In this document: positions 36,998 to 47,040 of the stretch, piece by piece
Position numbering within the stretch: the first letter of the stretch is position 1
How the letters are laid out: each line of letters starts with the position of its first letter
Assembly (NCBI GenBank): GCA_035221665.1
Contig: CM069168.1
Location: 6,386,001 to 6,450,000 of the forward strand
Length of the DNA stretch: 64,000 bases
Reading direction: 5' to 3'
Origin: Okamejei kenojei
Taxonomy: Eukaryota
Notes under the pieces: model-generated
The model's input: only the letters and a program-made list of their open reading frames with translations
Database searches by the model: none
What the model was told of the DNA's origin: nothing
Translations under genes and position numbers: made by a program

Positions 36998-37650
36998 TAT
37001 ATGCATACTGGTGCCAAAAAGGTTAAGAACTACTGCTTGATGCTGCATTTCTGATGAATTTGATATATTACTGATGAGGCTGTGGGAAAGGAGTGATCAA
37101 ATGTGAGGAAAGAAAGATAATGGGCTAACTGGTGGGATGGTGATGATGAGACATTACAGATGTGTTGGTGAGTGGAGCAAGTGTGCATGATTCATATCCC
37201 CCTCCATTTCCTGCATACCACATGTGCCTACCTAAACGTCTCTTAAATGCCAAAAGACTCATTGCCTCCACCACCAACATGACAGTGGGAGGGTTACACA
37301 GACAGACACAAAGTGCTGCAGTAACACAGCATCTCTGGAGAAAAGGAATAGGTGACGTTTCGGGTCAGAGCCCTTCTTCGGACAACGGTCTGAAAAAGTA
37401 TTCCCACCTGAAAGGTCACCTATTTCTTTCCTCCAGCGATGCTGCCTTGACCCGCTGATGTACTCCAGCATTTTGTGTCTATCAGCATCTGCAGTTCCTT
37501 CCTACACAGTGGGAGCACTGTGTACCATTACCAGCTTGGTACAACCTTGTGCATCATTGATGAGGTGCTGTTGAAGTAGTGTGGATACGTGACTGAAGAC
37601 CATTTTGTCGTCAGTACAGAGTGCAGCACTGTTACACGAGTAGGGCCATC

Positions 37651-38350
37651 AGCGATGGCAGCCTCGCCAACAGACTGTCTGTCTTTTTGTCTTTTTTTAA
37701 AGTTTTTTTTAGTGTGTTTTAGTGTGTGGGGGGTGAGGGAGGGGGTCAGGGGAAACTTTTTCTCAATCTCTTACCTTGCCGGAGATGCGATTGTTTTCCG
37801 GATCGTACCGCCAGTCGCCTAACATTATGGAGCTGGAAGCCGTGCTCGGGACTGACTTTGAGCCCCACCGCGGGGCTGTGGACTTGCCATCGGAGCCGAT
37901 CACTTGCCTAGGATCCACGCTCCAACTGCGGCCTCTACGCGGCCTGCAGATTTCATCATCGAGGAGCTCGCAGTCCCGGGTAGAGGCCGATGTTGGGAAA
38001 CTCCAAAGGACGCAAAACGTTTCGACCAGCCCCGGCCCAGTGTCCATTTGCCTGGCGCAGGGGAGTTGAGATTCCCCCCATGGCAGGAGCTTGATCGCCT
38101 CGCTGCAAGGGCCCAAACATCGCCGTCTACGGGAGCCAAGGTCGCCCCGTCAACGGAAGGCTCGAGGCCCCCGACAGCGGGAGAACAAAGAGGGGAAGAG
38201 ATTGAACTTTATTTCGCCTTCCATCACAGTGAGGAATGTGGAGGAGTCACTGTGGTGGAAGTTAAAATGTATTTGTGTGTTTTGTAGCCTTTTACTGGTA
38301 TGACTGTATGACAAATCAAATTCCTCATATGTTGCTAAATATATTGCAAA
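37651..38350 (+). repeat. Unclassified composite repeat with a variable GC-rich core (other copies 628-1510, 13850-14342, 34475-35113, 41740-42268)
   Basis: Shared head GATGGCAGCCTCGCCAACAGTCTGTCTG..CTTACCTCGACGGAGATGCGATT and shared 3' block CCTTCCATCACAGTGAGGAATGTGG..GTGGTGGATGTTTATGTTAA. Confidence 0.7.
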
Positions 38351-38577
38351 AACATGTAGGAATGAACTGCAGATGCCGGTTTACACCAAAGATAGACACA
38401 AAATGCTGGAGTAACTCAGTGGGTCAGGCAGCATCTCTGGAGAAAAGAAATAGGTGAAGTTTCAGGTCGGAACTTTTTCACACAGAGGGTGGTGGGTGTA
38501 TGGAACAAGCTGCCAGAGGAGGTAGTTGAGGCAGGTACTATAACGTTTAAAAGACAGATTAAAAGACAATTTAAAAG

Positions 38578-38888
38578 ATGGTGGCTCAGCGGTAGAGTTG
38601 CTGCCTTACAGCGTAGGCAGCGCCGGAGACCCGGGTTCGATCCTGACTAAGGGTGCTGTCTGTACGGAGTTTGTACGTTCTCCCCGTGACCTGCGTGGGT
38701 TTTCTCCGAGACCTTCGGTTTCCTCCCACACCCCAAAGACGTACAGGTCTGTAGGTTAATTGGTTTGGTGAAAGCAAATTGTCCCAAATGGGTGTAGGAT
38801 AGTGTTAATGTGCGGGGAGTGCTAGTTGGCACGGACCCGGTGGGCCGAAGGGCCTATTTTCGCGCTGCATCTCCAAACTAAACTAAAG
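38578..38888 (+). mobile_element. HE1-type tRNA-derived V-SINE (representative of ~20 copies, e.g. 110-420, 5140-5402, 10590-10908, 11350-11621, 18485-18775, 34230-34470, 43110-43400, 44540-44825, 48305-48595, 53860-54175, 54805-55080, 57855-58130, 58280-58570, 58865-59168, 61560-61850, 63275-63560)
   Basis: A box GTGGCTCAGCGGTAG, B box GGTTCGATCC, V-domain GGGTTTTCTCC..GGTTTCCTCCCAC, CR1-like tail GGGCCGAAGGGCC...(CTAAA)n. Confidence 0.85.
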
Positions 38889-39934
38889 TAAGATACATGG
38901 ATAGAAAGATTTGCAGGGATTTACACCAAATGCAGGGATTAGCTTAGATGGGGCATCTTGGTTGGCTTGGCAAGTTGGGCTGAAGGTCCTATTTCTGTGC
39001 TGTATGACTCTATGGTGGTGCTGCTATAGTGTAGGGGATAGTTGTAGGCTGCAGGATGATATTAACCAGCTGTGATTGATGATTTTTCTTCAGATGCATT
39101 AATGGAGACTGAACCTCGAGTTCATGTCCTTCCTGTTGGAGCCCATGTGGTAACCACTGCCATGCAACTTGGCGGAACTGCAGACGCTGGTTTAAACCGA
39201 AGATAGACACAAAATGCTGGAGTAACTCAGCAGGTCAGGCAGCATCTCTGGAAAGAAGGAATGGGTGACGTTTTGGGTCGAGTTCCGGGTCAGTCTGAAG
39301 AAGGGTCTTGACCCAAAACATCACACATTCCTTCTCTCTGGAGACGCTGCCGGGCCCGCCAACTTACTCCAGCATTTTGTGTCTATCTTCGGCATTAAAG
39401 TCAAGTCAGATCTCATGATTTTAAATAGGGGTGCTGTAGAGGGGCATAGTGGGGACGGGCAGAAATGGGAGGTGAGGGGTGGGTGTCACTGTGTTGTAAG
39501 CTTCACTATTCCTCTGTTGCTGCAACACTATCTTTGCACTCTGTTTGATTTCACTTTTACATTGCCTGTTGCACAGCGGTGCGGCAGGGAAACAGGCTCT
39601 TTGGACCAACTCCTCCATGCCGATCTAAGCTAGTCCCATTTGCCCACATTTGCCCCAAACCGCTCCACACTTTCCCTATCCATGTACCTGCCCAAATGTC
39701 TTATAAATGGTGTTATACAACCTGCATCAACTACCGCCTCTGGCAGCTCATTCCATTACCCACCTTCCTTTGCATGAAAAAGTTACCCCTTTTAAATCTT
39801 TTCCCCTTCACCTATGCCCTCTGGTTCTTGATTCCCCTACTCTACGTAAAGACTCTGTACATGTGCATTCACCCTATCTATTCCCCTCATGGTTTTATAC
39901 ATCTCCATTAAATTACACCAGTTGCACTCACATA

Positions 39935-40521
39935 TCAAGTCAAGTCAAGTCACATTTATTTATATAGCACATTTAAAAAACAACTCTCGTTGACCAAAGT
40001 GCTTTACATTTGTTATAAGAATAGTATACACAAGCAGGCTACATACATATATACAAATAGCCCTCGCTCAGAGGACGTCAGGAAAGGCTTGGGAGAACAG
40101 ATACGTTTTTAGACTAGACTTAAAGGAGTCGATGGAGGGGGCAGTTCTAATGGGGAGGGGGATGCTGTTCCACAGTCTAGGAGCTGCGACCGCAAAGGCG
40201 CGGTCGCCCCTGAGCTTATGCCTAGACCGCGGGACGTTCAGTAACCCCAAGTCGGCCGATCTGAGGGACCTGGAGGTGGTGTAGTGGGTGAGAAGACTTT
40301 TAATGTAGGTGGGGGCAAGCCCATTGAGGGCTTTGTAGACAAAGAGGAGGGTCTTGAAATTAATTCGGAACCGCACAGGGAGCCAGTGGAGAGAGGCTGG
40401 GATCGGGGTGATGTGGTCCCTTTTTCGGGTGCCCGTCAGGAGTCTCGCTGCGGCGTTTTGGACCAGTTGCAGGCGGGACAGGGAAGATTGGCTGATGCCG
40501 GTGTAAAGGGAGTTGCAGTAA
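39935..40521 (-). mobile_element. L2-clade LINE, 5'-truncated, young
   Basis: YCNSLYTG..LQLVQNAAARLLT..DHITPILASLHWLPVRFRINFK...RAFAVAAPRLWNSIP..FKSSLKTYLF with an open frame, 3' UTR and (GACTT)n tail. Confidence 0.9.
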
Positions 40522-41109
40522 TATGATACAATCTACCAGGGTAGCATGCAAATTAAAGTGTTTCACTATATCTCAGTGCGCACAACAATGCTACAGCAAT
40601 ATCAATGTCCACAGGCACCATGTTATAGAGGTTCGATTGACATGCATCAATCTCTCCCTCTCCCCCCCCCACTTTCCCGACACCTTCCACCTACATTCCT
40701 TCCTCTGGCTTCACAATTCTCACATCTTCTAGCCTTATCCCCTTATCTCACTCTTTTTGTCTCTGGTCTTTGTCCAACTATCTGCTAATCAAAACCTCCC
40801 CTCACCTATATCCACCCATCACTTACCAGGAAAAAAAGACACAAAATGCTTAAGTGCTCAACTCAGCGGGTCAAGGTTCAAGGTCATTAAATTTGTGCAA
40901 AAACGATCCTCCATAGTGCTATGATTTTTCGCCACCTTACTCACCATTCTCCTCTGCTGCAAGTCAAATAGGTTTTGTCCCGATCGGTGAAATATTAGAA
41001 AAGTTATTGGTCTGTTATTCGCCAGGACAGCAACGCCAATCACCGGCTGTGAGAATAAAGCTGAAGGAGTGTAGTGAGCAAAGTGCGAGCGGGGGCTGAG
41101 TTCTGCGAG

Positions 41110-41577
41110 CAGGGGCCCACACCACCCCTCTCACACATCCCCTCCGCTACTCCCACAAGCCCCGACACCTCCCTCCCCTACACCCTTCCCACACCCCCCT
41201 TCCCCCACACCCCCTACCCACACCCCCCTACCCTACTCCCCCCTACATCCCCTCCACAACACCTCCACCCACCCCCCACACTCTCCACTACCACACACAC
41301 CCCTCCCTCCCACCACACACGCACCTCCCTCCTACAAGACGCACCCCCCTCCTACGACACACACCCCCTCCCCTACCCCCACAACCCCCCTACCCCCACA
41401 ATCCCCTACCCCCACCATCCCCCCCACCATCCCCCCAACCCCCCTTACCCTCACCACACCCTCACCCACACCCACACCCCCATCCCCCCTACCCACACCC
41501 ACTCCCCCTACCCACACACACCCCCCTACCCCCCCATCCACCCCCCCCCCTCTCCCACACATCCCCCCCCCCCCCTG
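41110..41577. repeat. C/A-rich low-complexity tract
   Basis: Irregular CCCCA/CCCCT runs over ~470 bp. Confidence 0.9.
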
Positions 41578-43561
41578 ACAGGCCACGCTTAAAGTTATCC
41601 CCCTCCCCTGGCTGCAGGACGTTCCCTGCCTGAAGCCGCCCCCCGGCTACAGAACACTCCCGCTGTTGCGTTGGGGGAACAGGTGAGTGGTGGAATATTG
41701 CGTTGGGGGCCAGGCCTCCCGTGTGAGTCTAGTACTAAGTAAAAAGCAACAAGACACACAACCACATAAAAGTTAACATAAACATCCACCACAGTGGATT
41801 CCACATTCCTCACTGTGATGGAAAGCAATAAAGTTCAATCTTCTTCTTCTTTGTTCTCCCGCAGACGGGGCTGTAAAACCATCCGCAGTCGGGCGATCAA
41901 AGCACCTGCAGCCGACGATCGAAGGCCCCGTCGGGGTGATCGAAATGTCGGGGCAATTGAAGCTCACTCCGCAGCATGGAGCTCCTCAATCGGGAGGCCC
42001 ACAGGCTCCCGCGGCTTGGAGCGCCGGGTCGGTCTCCAGGAAAAGCCACCAACTACACGATGTTAAGCTGCAGTGGGGAAGGGGACACGATACGGAACAA
42101 AATCGCATCTCCGTCGAGGTGAGAGATTGAGAGAAAAAATGTCATCCCCCCACTCCTCCCCCAGCCCCCACATAAACAAACCAAGGAACACTAAAACATA
42201 CTTTTTAACACATACTAAAAATAACAAAAAAGCAGGAAGGACAGACAGACGGTTGGCGAGGCAGCCACCCGGGTCATGCAGCATCTCTGGGGAAGATTGA
42301 ACCAAACCGTCACCTCGCCATGGTCTCCAGAGATGCTGCCTGACTGGCTGAGTTACTCCAGCACTTTGTCCTTTATTTTAAACCCACATGAGCAGCTCCC
42401 TGTGTCTATCACTTGCCAGGCTTTGTCCTGCCCCCACCTCTCTTCTAGCTATCTGCCCGCAATAAACCAGAAGAAAGATCCCGATTCAAAACATCACCTT
42501 GCCATGTTCTCCAGAGATGCTGCCTGTCCCACTGAGTTACTCCAACATTTGATGTATTTTTATTGAGGTCAATAGTACTTTCCGATATCAATTAGAATAT
42601 AATGAATCACACACACACACACTTATAATCTGTTTGATTCAGTGACACAAAGGTCAGAGTAATTACTCATTGAGGGAGAATGAAAGTTTTGAGCAATATC
42701 AAAGATAACCATGTAGGGAGGAATTGCAGATGCTGGTTTAAACTGAAGATATGACACAAAAAGGTGGTGTAACTCAGCGGGACAGACATCATCCCTGGAG
42801 AAAAGGAATAGGGTCTCGACCTGAAACGTTACCTATTACTTTTCTCCAGAGATGCTGTCTGACCCGTTGAGTTACTCCAGCATTTTGTGTCCTTCAAAGA
42901 TAACCAGTTGCAGTGGCAACTAAACGTATATCCTACAACTAAAACATTGGAAGATATCCCAAAGGAATTTTGTTTTGCAGAAACCAAAACAGTAGCAGAG
43001 AGAAGGGAGTGAAGCTAAGTTTGTGGTCAGAAAAAAGAACATGGTTATAGATGTTTGAGCCGATTTATTAAAACAGAACAGAAAGTTGCAACAGGGATTA
43101 GAACGGCACAATGGTGTGGCGGGTAAAGCAGCTGCTTCACGGTGCAAGAGATCCGGCTTCCACCCTGACCTCGACTGCTATCCGTGAGGAGTCTGCACAT
43201 TCTCCCTGTGACGTGTGGGTTTCCTCTAGGGGTCATCCTCTCCGATCCCTGTCAGCAAGTAGGGTGATTGGCCTCTGTAAATTGCCCCTAGTGTGGGGAG
43301 TGGATGAGAAAGTGGGATAACGTGGAACCAGTGTGAATGGTGTGGACGGTGAGTCGAAGTGCTTGTTTCCGTGCTGTATCTCTAAACTAAACTCCAAACT
43401 AAAACTTAACAGAGGCTTTTATGGGCCGAGTGCTTAACAGCTGGTGAATGGGAGAGTGTGGGGTAGGGAGGCTCTGTGGTAGAGAAGGGGTTGCAGATAA
43501 ACTGGAGAAGACCAGTAAACCAACATCTGCAGTTTCTTGTGGCACCTTAGTACTAACTATC

Positions 43562-43789
43562 TTTACAGTCATGGAGATATACAGCACGGAAACAGGCCCT
43601 TCAGGCCCTTCCGTCCATGCCGAACAAGATGCCTGATCTAGCTAGTGCCCATCTGCTCATGATTGTCCCATATCCCTGTTTCCTACAGTCATGGGCAGAT
43701 GGGCACTAGCTAGATCAGGCATCTTGTTCGGCATGGACGCGTTGGGCTGAAGGGCCTGTTTCTGTGCTGTATATCTCCATGACTGTAAA
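43562..43789. repeat. Long inverted repeat (hairpin) made of CR1 3' tails
   Basis: About 105-bp arms, nearly perfect, with a ~20-nt loop. Confidence 0.9.
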
Positions 43790-43904
43790 TGTTGTATAAC
43801 GTTAGTACCTCCACCAATGTAAAGCACTTTGGCCAACGAGAGTTGTTTTTTAAATGTGCTATCGAAATACAAAATGATCCCTGTAAATCTTTCCGATCCA
43901 TGGA

Positions 43905-44065
43905 CTTGCGCAAGGCCCATTCCAGACTGCAGGAGTACGTGCTGAGGGACTCACTGAAGCTTTGCGCAGCCATTGCCAAAGCTCTGTGGTAGACAACCAC
44001 AGTCTAGAGTCCTTCCACTGCTGGATGTCGAGGATCAGAGCCTGGTGGGGACACCCATCAAACAA
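43905..44065 (+). mobile_element. Tx1-like ORF2 C-terminus
   Basis: AHSRLQEYVLRDSLKLCAAIAKALW*TTTV*. Confidence 0.6.
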
Positions 44066-44094
44066 GGGAAGGGATATCACCTCCGGTCCGCAAG

Positions 44095-44435
44095 ATCTAA
44101 AGAAATTGCAGAAAATTGTGGACACAGCCCAGACCGTGACACAAACCAACCTCCCTTTCATTGGTTCCATTTACTTCATGCTGCCTCCGCAACATAATCA
44201 AGGACTAGTGGTGCCCTGGATGAACCATCCTACCACAACTAGAGAGCAGTTCTGAACTGTTATTTTGACGGACTTTACTGGCGTTATCTTGCACTAAACG
44301 TTCTTCCTTAATCGTGTATCTGTACACTGTGAACGGCTCGACTGTAATCATGTGTTGTCTTTCCGCTGACAGGATAGCACGCAACAAAAGCTTTTCACTG
44401 TACCTCGGTACACGTGACAATAAACTAAACTAAAC
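44095..44435 (+). mobile_element. Rex1/Babar-like LINE 3' fragment (another at ~54575-54795)
   Basis: KKLQKIVDTAQTVTQTNLPFIGSIY; tail GTACACGTGACAATAAA(CTAAA)n. Confidence 0.55.
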
Positions 44436-45282
44436 TACGGGGGCTACATGGGTGACAAGGAATGTTTTATTTGAACACAGGTGTGAACATTACTGAGTAT
44501 AACACTAATAAATGTATAGACATTGTGAATGTCTGAAGAGTTTAGTTTACAGTCGCAGTATGGAAAACGGTCCTTCAGTTCACCAAATCCATGTCGACCA
44601 TCGATCATTCACATACACTTCTATTTTATCTCACCCTCAACCACTCTACACACAAAGGGACAACTTACAAAGGCCCATAAACCTACAAACCTACACTGCT
44701 TTGTGATGTGGGAGGAAACCGGAACACCCGGAGAAAACCCACAGGGTTTACAGGGAGAACGTGCAAACTCCACACAGATAGCACCCGAGGTTAGGATCGA
44801 AACCAGGTCTCTGGTGCTGCGAGGCAGGAGGAGGTAGTTGCGACAGGCACTATCGCAACATTTAAGCAGCATTTAGATAAGTACATGGATAGGAGACCTT
44901 TAGAAGGAAGGCACACAAAAATGCTGTAGAAAATCAGCGGGTGATGCAGCATCTATGGAGCGAAGGAAATAGGCAAGGTTTCAGGTCGAAACCCTTATTG
45001 GGCCAAATGCAGGCAGGTAGGACCAGTGTAGATGAGACATGTCGGTTGGTGTGGGCAAGTTGGGCTGAAGGACCTGTTTCTGCACTGTATGACTCTGAAT
45101 ACAGTTATAGCACCTGCTTCAACTTCCCCCTCGGGCAGCTTGTTTCATTTATCATCAAATACAATACTTATTTGAAGAGCTTGTTTAAAAATAATCAATT
45201 ACAGTGACCATAATCAAAGTAGGGGAACATTTTATTACCCTCAATGCCAATGGCCAACTGATTAAAATCCTAGATAGTCACA

Positions 45283-46310
45283 TAAAGCTGGAGTAACTCA
45301 GCAGATCAGGCAACAACTCTGGAGAAAACAAAAAGGAATAGGAAAATATTTCAGGTTGAGATCCTTCTTTGAGGGTCAGGAGGAGGGAAACAAGAGATAT
45401 AGATGGTGATATAGAGAACATTCAGGCAAATGAATGAAAGATGTGCAAAAAAGTAACAATGAACAAGGAAACAGACTAATGTTGGATGTGGGCTAGGTGT
45501 TACCAAGTTACACAGAAATGAAACTCAGTGAAACTAGTACAACAACTAGAGTGGGGGAGGGTTTACTTGAAATTAAAGAAATCAATATTTGTACCGCTGG
45601 GTTGTAAGCTGCCCAAGTGAAATATGAGGAGCTGTCGTCAAATTTGTGTGTGGCGCAGGACAGAAAGTTCAGTGTGGGAATGGGAGGGGGAGTTAAAGTG
45701 GTAACCGAGAGATCTCATAAGCCAAAACAGGCAAGACTAGACAAAGGTGGGTTCAGCGAAACGATCGCCCAGTCTACATTTGGTCTCGCCAATGTATAAG
45801 AGTCCACACCTGCAATAACAGATACAGTAGATGGGGTTGGATGGGGTGCAAGTGAACCTGGTGCAGTGGATGGGGTTGGTGGAGGTGCAGGTGAACCTGG
45901 TGCAGTGGATGGGGTTGGATGGGGTGCAAGTGAACCTGCTACAGTAGATGGGGTTGGAGGAGGTGCAGGTGAACCTGGTGCAGTGGATGGGGTTGGATGG
46001 GGTGCAGGTGAACCTGGTGCAGTGGATGGGGTTGGATGGGGTGCAAGTGAACCTGCTACAGTAGATGGGGTTGGAGGAGGTCCAAGTGAACCTGGTGCAG
46101 TGGATGGGGTTGGATGGGGTGCAAGTGAACCTGGTGCAGTAGATGGGGTTAGTGGAGGTGCAGGTGAACCTGGTGCAGTGGATGGGGTTGGAGGAGGTGC
46201 AGGTGACCCTGGTGCAGTAGATGGGGTTAGTGGAGGTGCAGGTGAACCTGGTGCAGTGGATGGGGTTGGAGGAGGTGCAAGTGACCCTCAGCTTCGCCTG
46301 AAAGGACAGG
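45283..46310 (-). mobile_element. Penelope-like element fragment containing an expanded minisatellite
   Basis: Minus strand gives RFTCTPSNPIYC..C.RCGL.YIGET (GIY-YIG) and HLGSLQPSG.NIDF; pLTR-type 3' region at 45283-45560. Confidence 0.7.
45825..46288. repeat. 39-bp minisatellite, 12 units
   Basis: Unit CAGTGGATGGGGTTGGATGGGGTGCAAGTGAACCTGGTG recurs every 39 nt. Confidence 0.95.
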
Positions 46311-46339
46311 TGTTGATCTTTGGTTGTTGTCCTTGGTTA

Positions 46340-47040
46340 CAACGCGACCAGACCATTGGTGGGCACGGTCCCTTTTATGCTAATGTATCTCAAAGGGGCG
46401 GGACAACTAATGCGAATGGTTGTCTGAGGCGGACGTCGGCTGCGTGGCGCCGCTGATTGGCTGTGCGGCCGTCACTCAGCCGCGGCCCCGCCCGCCCGCG
46501 GTGTTAAAGCGCGGCGCTGCCGGAGGGCGGCGCTGTGGAGCGGAGGCAGGCAGCCGGAGACAAGCGCAGTCCCGTCCCGGCGCGTCTGCTCCAGGTGGCC
46601 GGTTCGATCCCCGCATCGCCTCCTCCTCCCCACCGTCCGTCCGCCCGCGGAACTCGCCCCGTTTGCCATGAAGCTGAAGCTGAAGCTGGCAGCCTTTCTG
46701 CTGCTGCTGGCGGCGTGCTGCGGCTCGGGCCGCTGCGCCGGGAGGAACATCGTGCTGATACTGGCGGACGATCAGGACGTGGAGCTGGGAGGAATGGTAG
46801 GTGGGTGGGTGGGTGGGGAGGTAGGTGGTGCCAGGTGGAGCCCGCCTCTCCGCGGGGCAGCTGCAACTTCAGCCCCAGGCACCTCCGCTAGGCGCCGAGC
46901 CTCGCAAGGAGACCGGCGGCGGGAGTGGGACAGCCAGGCGACGTTTCGGGACGGGGTTCCCTTGGTGGGACACCCACAGTGTCCCAGTCCCTTCGCCGGA
47001 CCTTCTCCCTCCACGGGTGAAGCGCCCTGGTTCGTTTCGT
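46340..47040 (+). promoter_or_regulatory. CpG-island promoter of the GNS-like gene
   Basis: Inverted CCAAT boxes (ATTGG at ~46355 and ~46457), GC boxes (GGGGCGGG ~46395, CCCCGCCC ~46486), high CpG density across exon 1. Confidence 0.75.
46668..46796 (+). CDS. GNS: N-acetylglucosamine-6-sulfatase (GNS-like), coding exon 1
   Basis: GCCATG start; signal peptide MKLKLKLAAFLLLLAACCGSGRCAG then the sulfatase motif RNIVLILADDQDVELGGM; donor ATG|GTAGGT; ortholog vs paralog status uncertain. Confidence 0.85.

Larger units (their letters stand above)
35241..37035. mobile_element. hAT/Charlie-type MITE (~190 bp) split by the Tc1 insertion
   Basis: TIRs CAGTGGTTCTTAACCT ... AGGTTAAGAACTACTG flank the Tc1. 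Confidence 0.7.

Noticed and set aside
38578-38650. tRNA genes
   Set aside because: The A/B boxes are heads of V-SINEs that continue into SINE body and LINE tail; no complete cloverleaf.
41074-41592. Pro/His-rich 172-aa ORF (and Gly/Val-rich antisense ORF)
   Set aside because: Low-complexity C-rich tract that simply lacks stop codons.
45825-46288. CRISPR-like regular array
   Set aside because: Tandem units without unique spacers, in vertebrate DNA, with no cas genes.
45866-46456. 196-aa Gly-rich repetitive ORF (VDGVGWGASEPGA)n
   Set aside because: A by-product of the 39-bp minisatellite on the antisense strand of a Penelope fragment; GTG start, no gene structure.
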